64,000 bases of DNA from Verrucomicrobiota bacterium (GCA_039798785.1 JBDKFG010000020.1:32001-96000); one strand, 5' to 3'; counted from the first letter of the stretch, positions 18,056 through 27,063 are shown. Notes: generated by a model from the sequence alone, not told the origin. A program made the numbers and translations.

Positions 18056-18997
18056 ATGCCCACCCTCCACGCCTTCGGCGAACTCCTCATCGACGCCCTT
18101 CCCGGCCCACCGGTCGACGGCCAGCCCAGCCTGGTCCTGCATGCCGGCGGCGCCCCCGCCAACGTCGCCTGCCAATACGCCCGCCTCGGCGGACGCGGAC
18201 GCGTCATCGGCGGCATCAGCCGCGACCCCCTCGGCCAATGGCTTAAGCAGCAAGCGACAAGCTTCGGCGTCGACTGCAGCGGCCTGGTCGAAGTCGACAA
18301 TCCCACCGCCATGGCCATCGTCTCCCTGACCCCGGCCGGCGAACGCAGCTTCACCTTCCACCGCCACGGCACCGCCGACCTCGCCTTGCGCCTGCCGCAA
18401 ATCGACCTCGACGCCCTCAAGCCCGGCGACATGCTGCACTTCTGCTCCAACACCCTGACCGAAGCCGGCGCCGCCGCGACCACCCTCGCCCTCGCCGACG
18501 CCGCCCGCGATCTCGACCTGCTGGTCAGCCTCGACCTCAACCTCCGTCCCGGCCTCTGGCAGGGCGGCAAGCCGGACTTCAAGTTGGTCTCCCAGGCCCT
18601 GACCCGCAGCCACCTCGTCAAGATGGCCAAGGAGGAACTCGAGTGGTATCTCGCCGAGGGACGCATCGCCAGCGCCGAAGCCCTGGTCGACGAGCAAGGC
18701 ATCGTCCTCGTCGTCACCGACGGCCCGGGCGAGATCAAGGTCTATTCGCCCCGCTTCTCTCCCTTCAGCGTCGTGCCGCCCAAGGTCGCCGCGGTCGACA
18801 CCACCGGCGCCGGCGACAGCTTCTGCGGCGGCCTCCTCTGGCAGCTCGGCCGCAGCGGCAATCCCTTGCAGGCGCTTGAAGACGCGGCGCTTCTTCGCCA
18901 GGCGGTCGACTTCGCCGCCCGTTGCGGCGCCCGCACCTGCCAAGGACGTGGCGCCATGGCAGCGATGCCCGGAGCTGATGCGCTCGGAATAAAATGA
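18056..18997 (+). CDS. PfkB family carbohydrate kinase (fructokinase-like)
   Basis: GELLID, GGAPANVA, DLNLRPGLW, VDTTGAGDSFCGG. Confidence 0.92.
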   Translation: MPTLHAFGELLIDALPGPPVDGQPSLVLHAGGAPANVACQYARLGGRGRVIGGISRDPLGQWLKQQATSFGVDCSGLVEVDNPTAMAIVSLTPAGERSFTFHRHGTADLALRLPQIDLDALKPGDMLHFCSNTLTEAGAAATTLALADAARDLDLLVSLDLNLRPGLWQGGKPDFKLVSQALTRSHLVKMAKEELEWYLAEGRIASAEALVDEQGIVLVVTDGPGEIKVYSPRFSPFSVVPPKVAAVDTTGAGDSFCGGLLWQLGRSGNPLQALEDAALLRQAVDFAARCGARTCQGRGAMAAMPGADALGIK

Positions 18998-19211
18998 TTC
19001 CGTGCGAGCTTGTGTGCGATCTTGATGAGGACTCGGATTTTTGCGGAATCGGCGGTAAATTCCTTGCCATCCCCTTCCGATCGAGGGCGCGATTCGGAGC
19101 CGCTGAAACGGCTTGATCCGCGTCCATTCATGCAACGGCCCAACAGGGCCGTCAACCCAAGTTCGCGGCGGAGGCCGCAAAACCATGTTCACCACCCTGC
19201 AAGGACACCCC

Positions 19212-20405
19212 ATGAAAACCGCGATGACGCTGGTCTTCTCGCTCGTCTGCGTCCAGTCCGCCCTGGCCCAGACGGCAGAAAGCCAGCAAGACAGCACCGT
19301 CACACAGCAGACTACGGTCAAGAAAAGCACCAGCGTCGAAACTCTTGAGACGGTGCAGACTGTCACCAAGGTGGCTCCGAAGGCGCAGCAAAGCGTCGCC
19401 ATCTTCGTCCTTAACCGGGGCGGAGCCAAGATGGAAGCCTACCTTCCGGTGATGGAGGACTTCGTCACCGCCCAGGTCGCCGGCCGCGGCTTCTCCCTCA
19501 TCGCCAAAGAGACTCTCATGGGCAGCCGCAAGGAAGCCGAGAAGGGTGGATTCAATTACGATGACCAGACCATCCTTTCCCTCTCCCGTGATGTCGGCGC
19601 CGATTATGCCCTGGTGGTGACTTTGGCTCAGCTCGGCCAGATAACCAAGAAGCTCGACGATCCTCGCATCGGCCTCAATGAAAAGAACCTTGTCAGCAGT
19701 CTCGACGCCACCTTCAAGTTGATCGAGCTGAAGAAGGGAGCCGCGATCAAGGCCGGCATGGTCAACGCCTTCAAGGTATCCCGCGCCGACGCCGACGCCG
19801 GCAGCGTTGCCGAGATCGATGCCGTCACTGGCGGCGCCCTGCTCACCGATGCCGCGACCCAGATCAGTGAGAAGATCGCCGACTTGGCCGTCGCGACACC
19901 TGCCAAGCTGGACAGCGGCCTGATTGAGATTGAGCTCAACTGCAGTGTCGACGGATTGACCATTCCCGAGATCCTGAAGAAGGACGGCACTTGGGTTGTC
20001 GGAAGCAAGACCAGCAGCGCCGTCGCCAACGACGTGGTCGTCGAAGTTGATGGCATCATGGTCGGCACGGCCGGAGGCTCCCTCAGCGTCCGTCCCGGAC
20101 TGCACAAACTCCGTCTCAGCCGTGAAGGCTATGTCGAGCTCAGCCGCTTCGTCAACTTCATCCCCGGCCAGCGTCTCAACCTGAGCTTGGCGATGACACC
20201 TGCCACCCATGCTCGCCACGCCCAGGATCTGCTTCTTCTGCAAGGTCTGAAAGCCGGTCAAATCCTCACCGAGGCGGAAGCCTCGAGACTCGTCGGGCTC
20301 GCCGATTTCTACAAGAACTCCAAGGTCTCCTTCGATCTGAAGGTCGACGAGAAGAAGAACAGCGACTCACGCAAGAACATCGAAGTCAAGAAAGTGGATG
20401 ACTGA
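19212..20405 (+). CDS. Secreted PEGA-domain protein
   Basis: Signal peptide from ATG 19212; PEGA-like VEVDGIMVGT..VRPGLHKLRLSREGY. Confidence 0.75.
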   Translation: MKTAMTLVFSLVCVQSALAQTAESQQDSTVTQQTTVKKSTSVETLETVQTVTKVAPKAQQSVAIFVLNRGGAKMEAYLPVMEDFVTAQVAGRGFSLIAKETLMGSRKEAEKGGFNYDDQTILSLSRDVGADYALVVTLAQLGQITKKLDDPRIGLNEKNLVSSLDATFKLIELKKGAAIKAGMVNAFKVSRADADAGSVAEIDAVTGGALLTDAATQISEKIADLAVATPAKLDSGLIEIELNCSVDGLTIPEILKKDGTWVVGSKTSSAVANDVVVEVDGIMVGTAGGSLSVRPGLHKLRLSREGYVELSRFVNFIPGQRLNLSLAMTPATHARHAQDLLLLQGLKAGQILTEAEASRLVGLADFYKNSKVSFDLKVDEKKNSDSRKNIEVKKVDD

Positions 20406-20407
20406 TC

Positions 20408-21433
20408 ATGAATACCCGCTACCTTTCCCGCATCGCCTGCGGACTGATGAGCTTCGGTCTGGTTTCCTCGATTGAAGCCGTGGCGCAGGATGCCGCCGCC
20501 CCGGTTCGGGCTCCGGATCCTCGGACCAACACCAACACTCTAGGGATTTCGGCGATCAAGATCGCTCCCGCACTGGAGCGCCATGCCAAGGCAGTCTCGA
20601 TCCAGCGCACCGCAGAAGCACTCAGCACCGAGCTTTCCGATGCCTTTGCCGCCACCGGCAAGTTCCAGGTGGTGGCGCGCGACGAATTGGCGAGGGTCCT
20701 CAGTGAGCAGAAGCTGGCGGAGTCGGGCATCGTCGACCCCCGCGATCCGGCGGCGGCCAAGTCTTTCCAGATCCGCGGTGTCAAATGGCTGGTCCTGAGC
20801 AATGTCTCGGACTTCTCCGACATCGTCGAGAAGGCCAATTTCGACTCCGGTCGCAGCGCCGAGCGCCGCACCGTCCGCCTCGGCGGCACGATCCAGATCA
20901 TCGATTCCAGCAGCGGCGTGCTCGCCGCTTCGATCCCGGTGCGGGCCGAGATGGACGATACGGTGATGAATCGAGAATATTCGGTGCGCGACGGCAACAA
21001 CGACGAAGAGCTCTACCGCTTGGTAGCCCGCGATTTCGCCAAACGTGGCGTCGCTGATATCCTGGATCGGGTGATGCCGGCCAAGATCCTTGCCCGTCCG
21101 ATCGACGGAGTCGCCTCGATTTCGCGAGGCCAGGGAACCAACATTGCCATCGGTGAGGTGTGGGACGTTTTCGGCCTTGGCGAGCAGCTGATCGATCCTG
21201 ACACAGGCGCTGTCCTGGGCAGCCAGGAACTCAAGCTGGGCAAGGTGCGCATCGTCGAAATCCATCCTTTGTTCTCGAAGGCACAGATCATCGAGGACAA
21301 CGGCATGGATCGCGGTCACATTTGCCGACTCAGCTTGGACAAGCCCAAGCCCGTGGCGCGCCCGGCAGTCCGGGTGGAAGTGCGCGATGAGGATGCGACG
21401 CAACCTCCTCCTCCCCGCCCTGCGAGCCCCTGA
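20408..21433 (+). CDS. CsgG/HfaB-like protein with FlgT C-terminal-like domain
   Basis: TGKFQVVARDELARVLSEQKL; C-terminal LIDPDTGAVLG..GKVRIVEI..FSKAQI; Pro-rich tail. Confidence 0.78.
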   Translation: MNTRYLSRIACGLMSFGLVSSIEAVAQDAAAPVRAPDPRTNTNTLGISAIKIAPALERHAKAVSIQRTAEALSTELSDAFAATGKFQVVARDELARVLSEQKLAESGIVDPRDPAAAKSFQIRGVKWLVLSNVSDFSDIVEKANFDSGRSAERRTVRLGGTIQIIDSSSGVLAASIPVRAEMDDTVMNREYSVRDGNNDEELYRLVARDFAKRGVADILDRVMPAKILARPIDGVASISRGQGTNIAIGEVWDVFGLGEQLIDPDTGAVLGSQELKLGKVRIVEIHPLFSKAQIIEDNGMDRGHICRLSLDKPKPVARPAVRVEVRDEDATQPPPPRPASP

Positions 21434-21445
21434 TTCAGGTGGAAC

Positions 21446-21482
21446 GACAAAAGCCTCCAGCCAGAAGCTGGAGGCTTTTGTC
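21446..21482. terminator. Bidirectional intrinsic terminator
   Basis: GACAAAAGCCTCCAG-ccagaag-CTGGAGGCTTTTGTC perfect stem between convergent genes. Confidence 0.85.
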
Positions 21483-21550
21483 AACTTTGTAGATCAGGTC
21501 GCTCAACCATTGACCCTTTAGCTTCGTTCCTCCCTTGGGGAGGCGCGGCT

Positions 21551-22132
21551 TCAGCCCAGGCCGCGGAGGGTTTCGACGAAATCCTTGATGCCGATGGGTT
21601 TGACGATCAGGGCGTCGTGGGGGAAGTTTTTCAGTTCCTTGCGGGTCTGTTCGTCGGCGTAGGCGGTGACGACGACGACGCGGACTTGGGCGAAGTCGGG
21701 GTTGGATCGCATTTGCGAGATGAATTCGAAGCCGTTCATCTTGGGCATGTGGAGGTCGAGGAGGATGGCGTGAGGCTTCCAGGAGCCGACGAGGAGAGCG
21801 GCTTCGATGCCGTTGGCGGCTTCCTTGACTTCGAAATTGCCGGCGATGCCGAGGCATTCATGAGCGAAGCGGCGGAAGTTCTCGTCGTCGTCGACGAGGA
21901 GGATGCGGCGACCTTCCTTGACCTCTTCGGCGGCGGCTTCGAGCGCGCTTTCGTCGAGGCTGAAGCCGTGCTTCTTGGCGAATTTCTGCAGGTCGCTGCG
22001 GCGGAAGCGGCGGTGGCCGCCGGGGGTGGTGGCCGGTTCGAGTTCACCGCGTTCAACCCAGTTGATCAGGCTGGTGCGGGCGATGCCGAGGATGCGGGCG
22101 GCTTCGTTGGTGGTGTAGACTTCGCGCGACAT
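21551..22132 (-). CDS. Response regulator with excisionase-type HTH (HTH_17) + receiver
   Basis: YTTNEAARILGI..TPGGHRRFRRSDL, followed by ILLVDDD..LLDLHMPKMNG..KP. Confidence 0.9.
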   Translation of the reverse strand: MSREVYTTNEAARILGIARTSLINWVERGELEPATTPGGHRRFRRSDLQKFAKKHGFSLDESALEAAAEEVKEGRRILLVDDDENFRRFAHECLGIAGNFEVKEAANGIEAALLVGSWKPHAILLDLHMPKMNGFEFISQMRSNPDFAQVRVVVVTAYADEQTRKELKNFPHDALIVKPIGIKDFVETLRGLG

Positions 22133-22156
22133 GGATAAGCTCCGGGTTAGACGAGT

Positions 22157-23146
22157 TCAATCGAAGATTTTGCGATAGGCATGGCAGTAGGGGGTGCTGC
22201 CTTTGCGGTCATAATAATCTTGATGGTAGCTTTCAGCGGGCCAGAATTTGTCGGCGCCCCGGACCTGGGTGGCGGGCTTCAATCCCTTGGCCTGGAGGCG
22301 GGCGATGAGCTTCTCGATGGTCTTCTTCTGCTCCTCGTCCTGGCAGAAGACGGCGGAGAGGTATTGCGGCCCGATGTCGGGTCCTTGGCCGTTCTTCTGT
22401 TCGAAATCATGGGTTTCGAAGAAGAATTTGGCGAGGGCTTCGAAGCTGGTCTTTTTCGGGTCGAATTCGATCTCGACGGCTTCGAGGTGGCCGGTCTCGT
22501 GACCGCAGACTTCCTTGTAGGTCGGGTTTTCCTTGTGGCCGCCGGCATAACCGCAGGTGGTGCTGACGACGCCGGGGAACTTCTGCAGGAAGAACTCGGT
22601 GCCCCAGAAGCAGCCGGAGGAGAAGACCGCCTTCTGGGTGTCGAGATTGATCGCCACCTGGGTGTCGCCGAGGGCGGCGGAGACGAACTTCATCGAGATC
22701 GAGTTGACGCAGTGGCGGGTGTTCTTGGCGGTGAAACCTTCGCCGAGGAAGACGTGGCCGAGATGCCCGTCGCAGCGGGCGCAGGTGATCTCGGTGCGGT
22801 GGCCGTCGGCATCGGGGACGCGCTTGACGGAGCCGGGGATTTCGGCGTCAAAGCTGGGCCAGCCGCAGTGGGAGTCGAACTTGTCCTCGCTGCGGTAGAG
22901 CGGGGCAGAACAACGGCGGCAGATGTAATAACCCGGGGCCTTGTGGTTCCAGTATTCCCCGGTGCCGGGGCGTTCCGTGCCCTTGCCGACGATGACGCGC
23001 TCTTCTTCGGGACTGAGCTTGTTCCATTCCGATGGCTGGTTCATCGTGACTTCCTTGCTGGCAGGCTGCGGTGCTGGGGGCGGCGGCGGCGGCTTGCAGC
23101 AGGCGCCGGTGATCAAGAGGCTGAGAATCAGCAGATTGCGTCTCAT
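22157..23146 (-). CDS. msrAB: Bifunctional methionine sulfoxide reductase MsrB-MsrA, putative lipoprotein
   Basis: MsrB motifs CGWPSF, GHLGHVF, RHCVNS; MsrA motifs GCFWG, GHLEAV, AESYHQDY; N-terminal LITGAC lipobox-like sequence. Confidence 0.93.
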   Translation of the reverse strand: MRRNLLILSLLITGACCKPPPPPPAPQPASKEVTMNQPSEWNKLSPEEERVIVGKGTERPGTGEYWNHKAPGYYICRRCSAPLYRSEDKFDSHCGWPSFDAEIPGSVKRVPDADGHRTEITCARCDGHLGHVFLGEGFTAKNTRHCVNSISMKFVSAALGDTQVAINLDTQKAVFSSGCFWGTEFFLQKFPGVVSTTCGYAGGHKENPTYKEVCGHETGHLEAVEIEFDPKKTSFEALAKFFFETHDFEQKNGQGPDIGPQYLSAVFCQDEEQKKTIEKLIARLQAKGLKPATQVRGADKFWPAESYHQDYYDRKGSTPYCHAYRKIFD

Positions 23147-23152
23147 AATCCC

Positions 23153-23416
23153 TCAGAGTTTGCGGTAGACGTCCTCAAGGCTGAGGCCCTTGTCGATCAT
23201 CAGGACCTGCAGGTGGTAGAGAAGCTGGGAGATTTCAAGGGCGGCGTCCTCCTTGGTCTGCGCTTCGGCGGCAAGCATCACTTCGGCGGCTTCTTCGACG
23301 ATCTTCTTGCAGATGAAATGGGTGCCTTTCTGCAGTTCCTTGACGGTGCCGCTGTCGGGATTGCCGGCGGCGGCCTTGGCCTGCAGCTCGGCGAAGAGAG
23401 TCTCGAAGTTCTTCAT
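23153..23416 (-). CDS. hisE: Phosphoribosyl-ATP diphosphatase
   Basis: KKIVEEAAEV..EISQLLYHLQVLM..LEDVY. Confidence 0.92.
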   Translation of the reverse strand: MKNFETLFAELQAKAAAGNPDSGTVKELQKGTHFICKKIVEEAAEVMLAAEAQTKEDAALEISQLLYHLQVLMIDKGLSLEDVYRKL

Positions 23417-23501
23417 GCCTTCCTCAATATTTTTATGCTTTCTAATGACAGGAATTTAAACCGCTTTGGGCGAAATCAAGCGAGGCTGCGATTTCCCTGT
23501 G

Positions 23502-24617
23502 TCAACGGATCTTCAGGGTGGCGAGGCCGATGCCGGCCAGAATCAGGGCGATGATCCAGAATCGGATCACCACCTGGGTTTCGCGCCAGCCCTTCTTCTG
23601 ATAGTGGTGGTGGATCGGCGCCATCAAAAAAACCCGCCGTCCTTCGCCGAAGCGGCGCTTCGTCCACTTGAAGTAGCTGGTCTGGATCAGGACCGAGGCG
23701 GCCTCCCAGACGAAGATGCCGCCGACGATGACCAGGAGCAGTTCCTGGCGGACGATGACGGCAATCAGGCCGATCGAGCCGCCCAGGGCCAGCGAGCCGG
23801 TGTCGCCCATGAACATCGAGGCGGGGTGGCAGTTGTGCCAGAGGAAGCCGACGCAGGCGCCGATCATCGCGGCGGCGAAGACGGCGATCTCGCCGCAGCC
23901 CGGGACGAAGGGGATGCCGAGATAGGCCGAGAACTTGACGTTGCCGGAGAGATAGGCGATGAGGAGAAAGACGCTGGTGCAGATGATGGTGCAGCCTGTG
24001 GCGAGGCCGTCGAGACCGTCAGTGAGGTTGACCGCGTTGGCGGCGGCGGTGATCACCAGGGCGCCGAAGAAGATGATCATCCACAGGCTCATTGCTTTCA
24101 ATGCCGGATCCTTGAGGAAGGGGACGTGCAGCTCGGCCATGTTTTCGGCGACGCCGGGAATCGAGCAGAGGGCGAGACAGGCAAGGGCGCCGGTCAATCC
24201 TTCGACGCCAAGCCGAAGCCGGCCGGAAATGCCGTCGCGGCCGGGATAGGCGACCTTGGCGTAGTCGTCCCAGAAGCCGAGAAGAGCCAGGATCGTCATC
24301 ACTGCCAGGGCGATCCACACCAGGGGCTGGTTCAAGGGCGCCCAGAGCAGGGTCGCGGCAATTGTGGCCAGGACGATCAGAATGCCGCCCATCGAGGGAG
24401 TCTTGGCCTTCGCCGCGTCGATCAGCTCCTGGGCGTTGGCCATGCCCTTATAGCGGTCGCCGGCGACGGCGCGCAGCTCTTTCAAAAGCCGCACCGTCAT
24501 CGGACCGAAGAGGATAACCAGCAGGAAAGCGGTGAGAAAGGCCCCACCCGAGCGGAAGGTGAGGTATTTGAAGATCCGGAGCGGGCCGTCTCCGTATTGG
24601 CTTAGCCAGTAGAGCAT
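23502..24617 (-). CDS. mraY: Phospho-N-acetylmuramoyl-pentapeptide transferase
   Basis: TPSMGG, NAVNLTDGLDGL, FMGDTGSLALG, MAPIHHH, VVIRFW. Confidence 0.96.
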   Translation of the reverse strand: MLYWLSQYGDGPLRIFKYLTFRSGGAFLTAFLLVILFGPMTVRLLKELRAVAGDRYKGMANAQELIDAAKAKTPSMGGILIVLATIAATLLWAPLNQPLVWIALAVMTILALLGFWDDYAKVAYPGRDGISGRLRLGVEGLTGALACLALCSIPGVAENMAELHVPFLKDPALKAMSLWMIIFFGALVITAAANAVNLTDGLDGLATGCTIICTSVFLLIAYLSGNVKFSAYLGIPFVPGCGEIAVFAAAMIGACVGFLWHNCHPASMFMGDTGSLALGGSIGLIAVIVRQELLLVIVGGIFVWEAASVLIQTSYFKWTKRRFGEGRRVFLMAPIHHHYQKKGWRETQVVIRFWIIALILAGIGLATLKIR

Positions 24618-24632
24618 GGGGGATTTTTGAGT

Positions 24633-24674
24633 TTTAAGGTTTAAAGTTTAAGGTTTAAGGTTTAAAGTTTAAGG
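24633..24674. repeat. Heptamer tandem array (TTTAARG) x6
   Basis: TTTAAGG TTTAAAG TTTAAGG TTTAAGG TTTAAAG TTTAAGG. Confidence 0.95.
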
Positions 24675-24694
24675 TTTTGGGTTGGGTTGTTCAT

Positions 24695-25225
24695 TCATTC
24701 TAACTTGCAAACTCTTTTACCATCTTCATAGAGAATGAAAATATCTCCTTCGGAAAAGCCCCAGTCAATCCTCATGTTGAATGGATGGCTTCTTTTCAAG
24801 GCTTCCACAAAGATGATCCCGGAATAGGCTAGAGGAAGGACATAGTCTGTAAAGCTATCTGCAGTATCAGGTTCTTTCCATTTATTGTAAGAATTGATCA
24901 GTCGAATTAGACTTCTGATGCTGTGATCTTTAGAGCTGGCATAAGAGTAATTTAAGTCGGTAGACGCACGTAGCGAAGTATATGGCTTGTTCAAAGTGTC
25001 TACATCAAAGAAGAGTTGTTGGATTTTTAAATCTTTGATTTTGGCATGAAAGTCATTCAGTGAGGCTAGCAAATCTTCAACATCTTTTTCGATGTTGGGT
25101 TTAGGCAGTTTGGCCCATTTATCAGAGGGTTTTTCTCTGTTGCAGTAGTCGAGGGTGTTTTGCCACGCGACATGTGGATCTGTAAAGTCTTTGATTTCAG
25201 AAAGTACGAACTCATATTCTTTCAT
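24695..25225 (-). CDS. AT-rich hypothetical protein (176 aa) inserted between murF and mraY
   Basis: Uninterrupted ORF in visibly AT-rich sequence, gaagga RBS, co-oriented with murF-mraY; no family recognised. Confidence 0.75.
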   Translation of the reverse strand: MKEYEFVLSEIKDFTDPHVAWQNTLDYCNREKPSDKWAKLPKPNIEKDVEDLLASLNDFHAKIKDLKIQQLFFDVDTLNKPYTSLRASTDLNYSYASSKDHSIRSLIRLINSYNKWKEPDTADSFTDYVLPLAYSGIIFVEALKRSHPFNMRIDWGFSEGDIFILYEDGKRVCKLE

Positions 25226-25274
25226 GGGGCTATCCTTCAGTTAGGGATTAAGGTTAAAGTGAGTTGGCGCTCAG

Positions 25275-25302
25275 CTTTAAACCTTAAACCTTAAACTTTG
25301 AA
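25275..25302. repeat. Heptamer tandem array (CYTTAAA) x4, inverse of the 24633 array
   Basis: CTTTAAA CCTTAAA CCTTAAA CTTTGAA. Confidence 0.93.
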
Positions 25303-25311
25303 CTGAGTCGC

Positions 25312-26709
25312 TCACACCTCTTCGAGGATCTTTTCCATGGTCATGCCGCGGGATCCTTTGAGGAGGACCCAGTCGCCGCGGCGGAGGATGGGGCGGATCG
25401 ACTGGCCGGCGATTTCGGCATCGACGAAGAATTCGGCGGGGAAGTCCTTGAAGGCGTCGCCGATCTCTTCGCCGACGAGGACGAAGGTGGTTTTGCAGTC
25501 TTTCGGGAAGACCAGTTCGGCGGCGTGTTCGGCGAGGGCTTCGTGCAGTTCGGCGGTGCGGGCGCCGAGTTCGAGCATGTCGCCGAGGCAGAGGAAGACG
25601 CGCTTGGGCTTTTCCTTGCGGGCGCATTCGGCGACCCAGTCGAGGGCGGCGATGGTGGATTGCAGGTTGGCGTTGTAGGAGTCGTCGATCCAGACGATGC
25701 CGTCACGTTCGACCACCTTCATGCGGTGGGCGGGGAGCTTGAGGTTGGCGATCAGGGTCGAGAGTTTTTCCGGAGCCGGGGCGGCACCGAGGAACTCCGC
25801 TGCGGCGTAGGCGGCGGCGATGTTGCCGGCCTGATGCAGGCCGCCGAGGCGGGAAGGGAAGTCGAGAAGCTTGTCCTTGGGCAGGAGGATGTTCACCTTG
25901 GTGCTCAAGAGGGTCTGCGAGGGGCAGGAGACGCGGATGTCGGCGTCTTCTTCGGGGCCGAAGGTGAGGATCTTCTTGCCTTCGAGGGCGCCGGTGTTCT
26001 CGAGGAGGGCCATGGCACTGCGGGCGATGATGGCGAGGCCGCCGGGCTTGAGGCAGCGGAGCATCTCCGCTTTTTCCGAGGCGTAGGCGGCGGGAGAGGC
26101 GAAGTTGCCGGCATGGGCGTCGCCGAGCGCCGTGATGATGGCGACATCGGCCGGGCAGATCTGGGCGATCGGCTTGATTTCACCCATGTGATTGGTACCG
26201 AGCTCAAGGACGAGGAACTTGGTTTCCGGTGTGACACGGACGATGTTCTGGGGCACGCCGATCTGGTTGTTGGTGTTGTCGAGGGTGGCGACGACGGCCT
26301 TGGGCGCGGCGGCTTCGAGGATGGCGGCGAGGATGGCCTTGCAGGAGGTCTTGCCGGAGGAGCCGGTGATCGCGACGGTCTTGACCGCGCTTTGCTTGCT
26401 CAGCCAGAGGGCGGCGATGGCCTGGTAGGCGGCGACACTCTCGTTGACATGCAGTGCGGCGGGGCCTTCGGGCGGGTGGATGCCGTCGCGGGAGACGATG
26501 AGGAGTGATGCGCCTTTGGCAGCGGCTTCGGCGAGGTGGTCATGGCCGTCGAAGCGCTCACCTTTGAGGGCGAGGAAGGCCTGGCCGGCGACCAGGGTGC
26601 GGGTGTCGGTGGAGATGCCGCCGGTGAGTTCGAAGGGCTTCTTGGGGATGCGCAACCAACGGCCGGCGGTGGTCTTCTGGATCTCGGCGAAACTGAGGAA
26701 CTGGCTCAT
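25312..26709 (-). CDS. murF: UDP-N-acetylmuramoyl-tripeptide--D-Ala-D-Ala ligase
   Basis: ISTDTR, GERFDGH, ITGSSGKT, NNQIGVP, ELGTNHMGEI, DDSYNAN, LGDMLELG, KGSRG. Confidence 0.96.
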   Translation of the reverse strand: MSQFLSFAEIQKTTAGRWLRIPKKPFELTGGISTDTRTLVAGQAFLALKGERFDGHDHLAEAAAKGASLLIVSRDGIHPPEGPAALHVNESVAAYQAIAALWLSKQSAVKTVAITGSSGKTSCKAILAAILEAAAPKAVVATLDNTNNQIGVPQNIVRVTPETKFLVLELGTNHMGEIKPIAQICPADVAIITALGDAHAGNFASPAAYASEKAEMLRCLKPGGLAIIARSAMALLENTGALEGKKILTFGPEEDADIRVSCPSQTLLSTKVNILLPKDKLLDFPSRLGGLHQAGNIAAAYAAAEFLGAAPAPEKLSTLIANLKLPAHRMKVVERDGIVWIDDSYNANLQSTIAALDWVAECARKEKPKRVFLCLGDMLELGARTAELHEALAEHAAELVFPKDCKTTFVLVGEEIGDAFKDFPAEFFVDAEIAGQSIRPILRRGDWVLLKGSRGMTMEKILEEV

Positions 26710-26891
26710 CGTGGGTTCTCCTGGGTAGTTGTTTGGGGAAAGGCAGGTCCGACCAAGGCGGCGGGCGCCCCGGTCTGACTGCCGTTTCCGGCGAAGCCTA
26801 GGGTGCCGCCTGCGGCGATCTTTACAAGTGCCGGGGCTCGGACGAAACCGGGAAATTTGATCCTAAAATTCCCAAGCGGAAGGGAACCTGC

Positions 26892-27063
26892 TTGAAAGTT
26901 TGAAGGGTTGAAAGGCAAATGAATGAACAATAGAGATAAATGACGATTTTAACCTGTCTGGCATGACTGCCAGTCACAGGATTTGCCGAGAGCCCCGCGA
27001 AGTCCCTAGCTTTTTGCTGTCGTAGCTAATTCTTTCAACCTTTGAACCTTCCAAACTTTCAAC
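26892..27063. repeat. Inverted octamer arrays (TTGAAAGG-like) enclosing ~115 nt
   Basis: TTGAAAGT TTGAAGGG TTGAAAGG at 26892-26915; the reverse complement of 27031-27062 reads TTGAAAGT TTGGAAGG TTCAAAGG TTGAAAGA. Confidence 0.88.

Noticed and set aside
21950..22132. Prophage or ICE excisionase
   Set aside because: The HTH is fused to a receiver domain and no integrase or att context is present.
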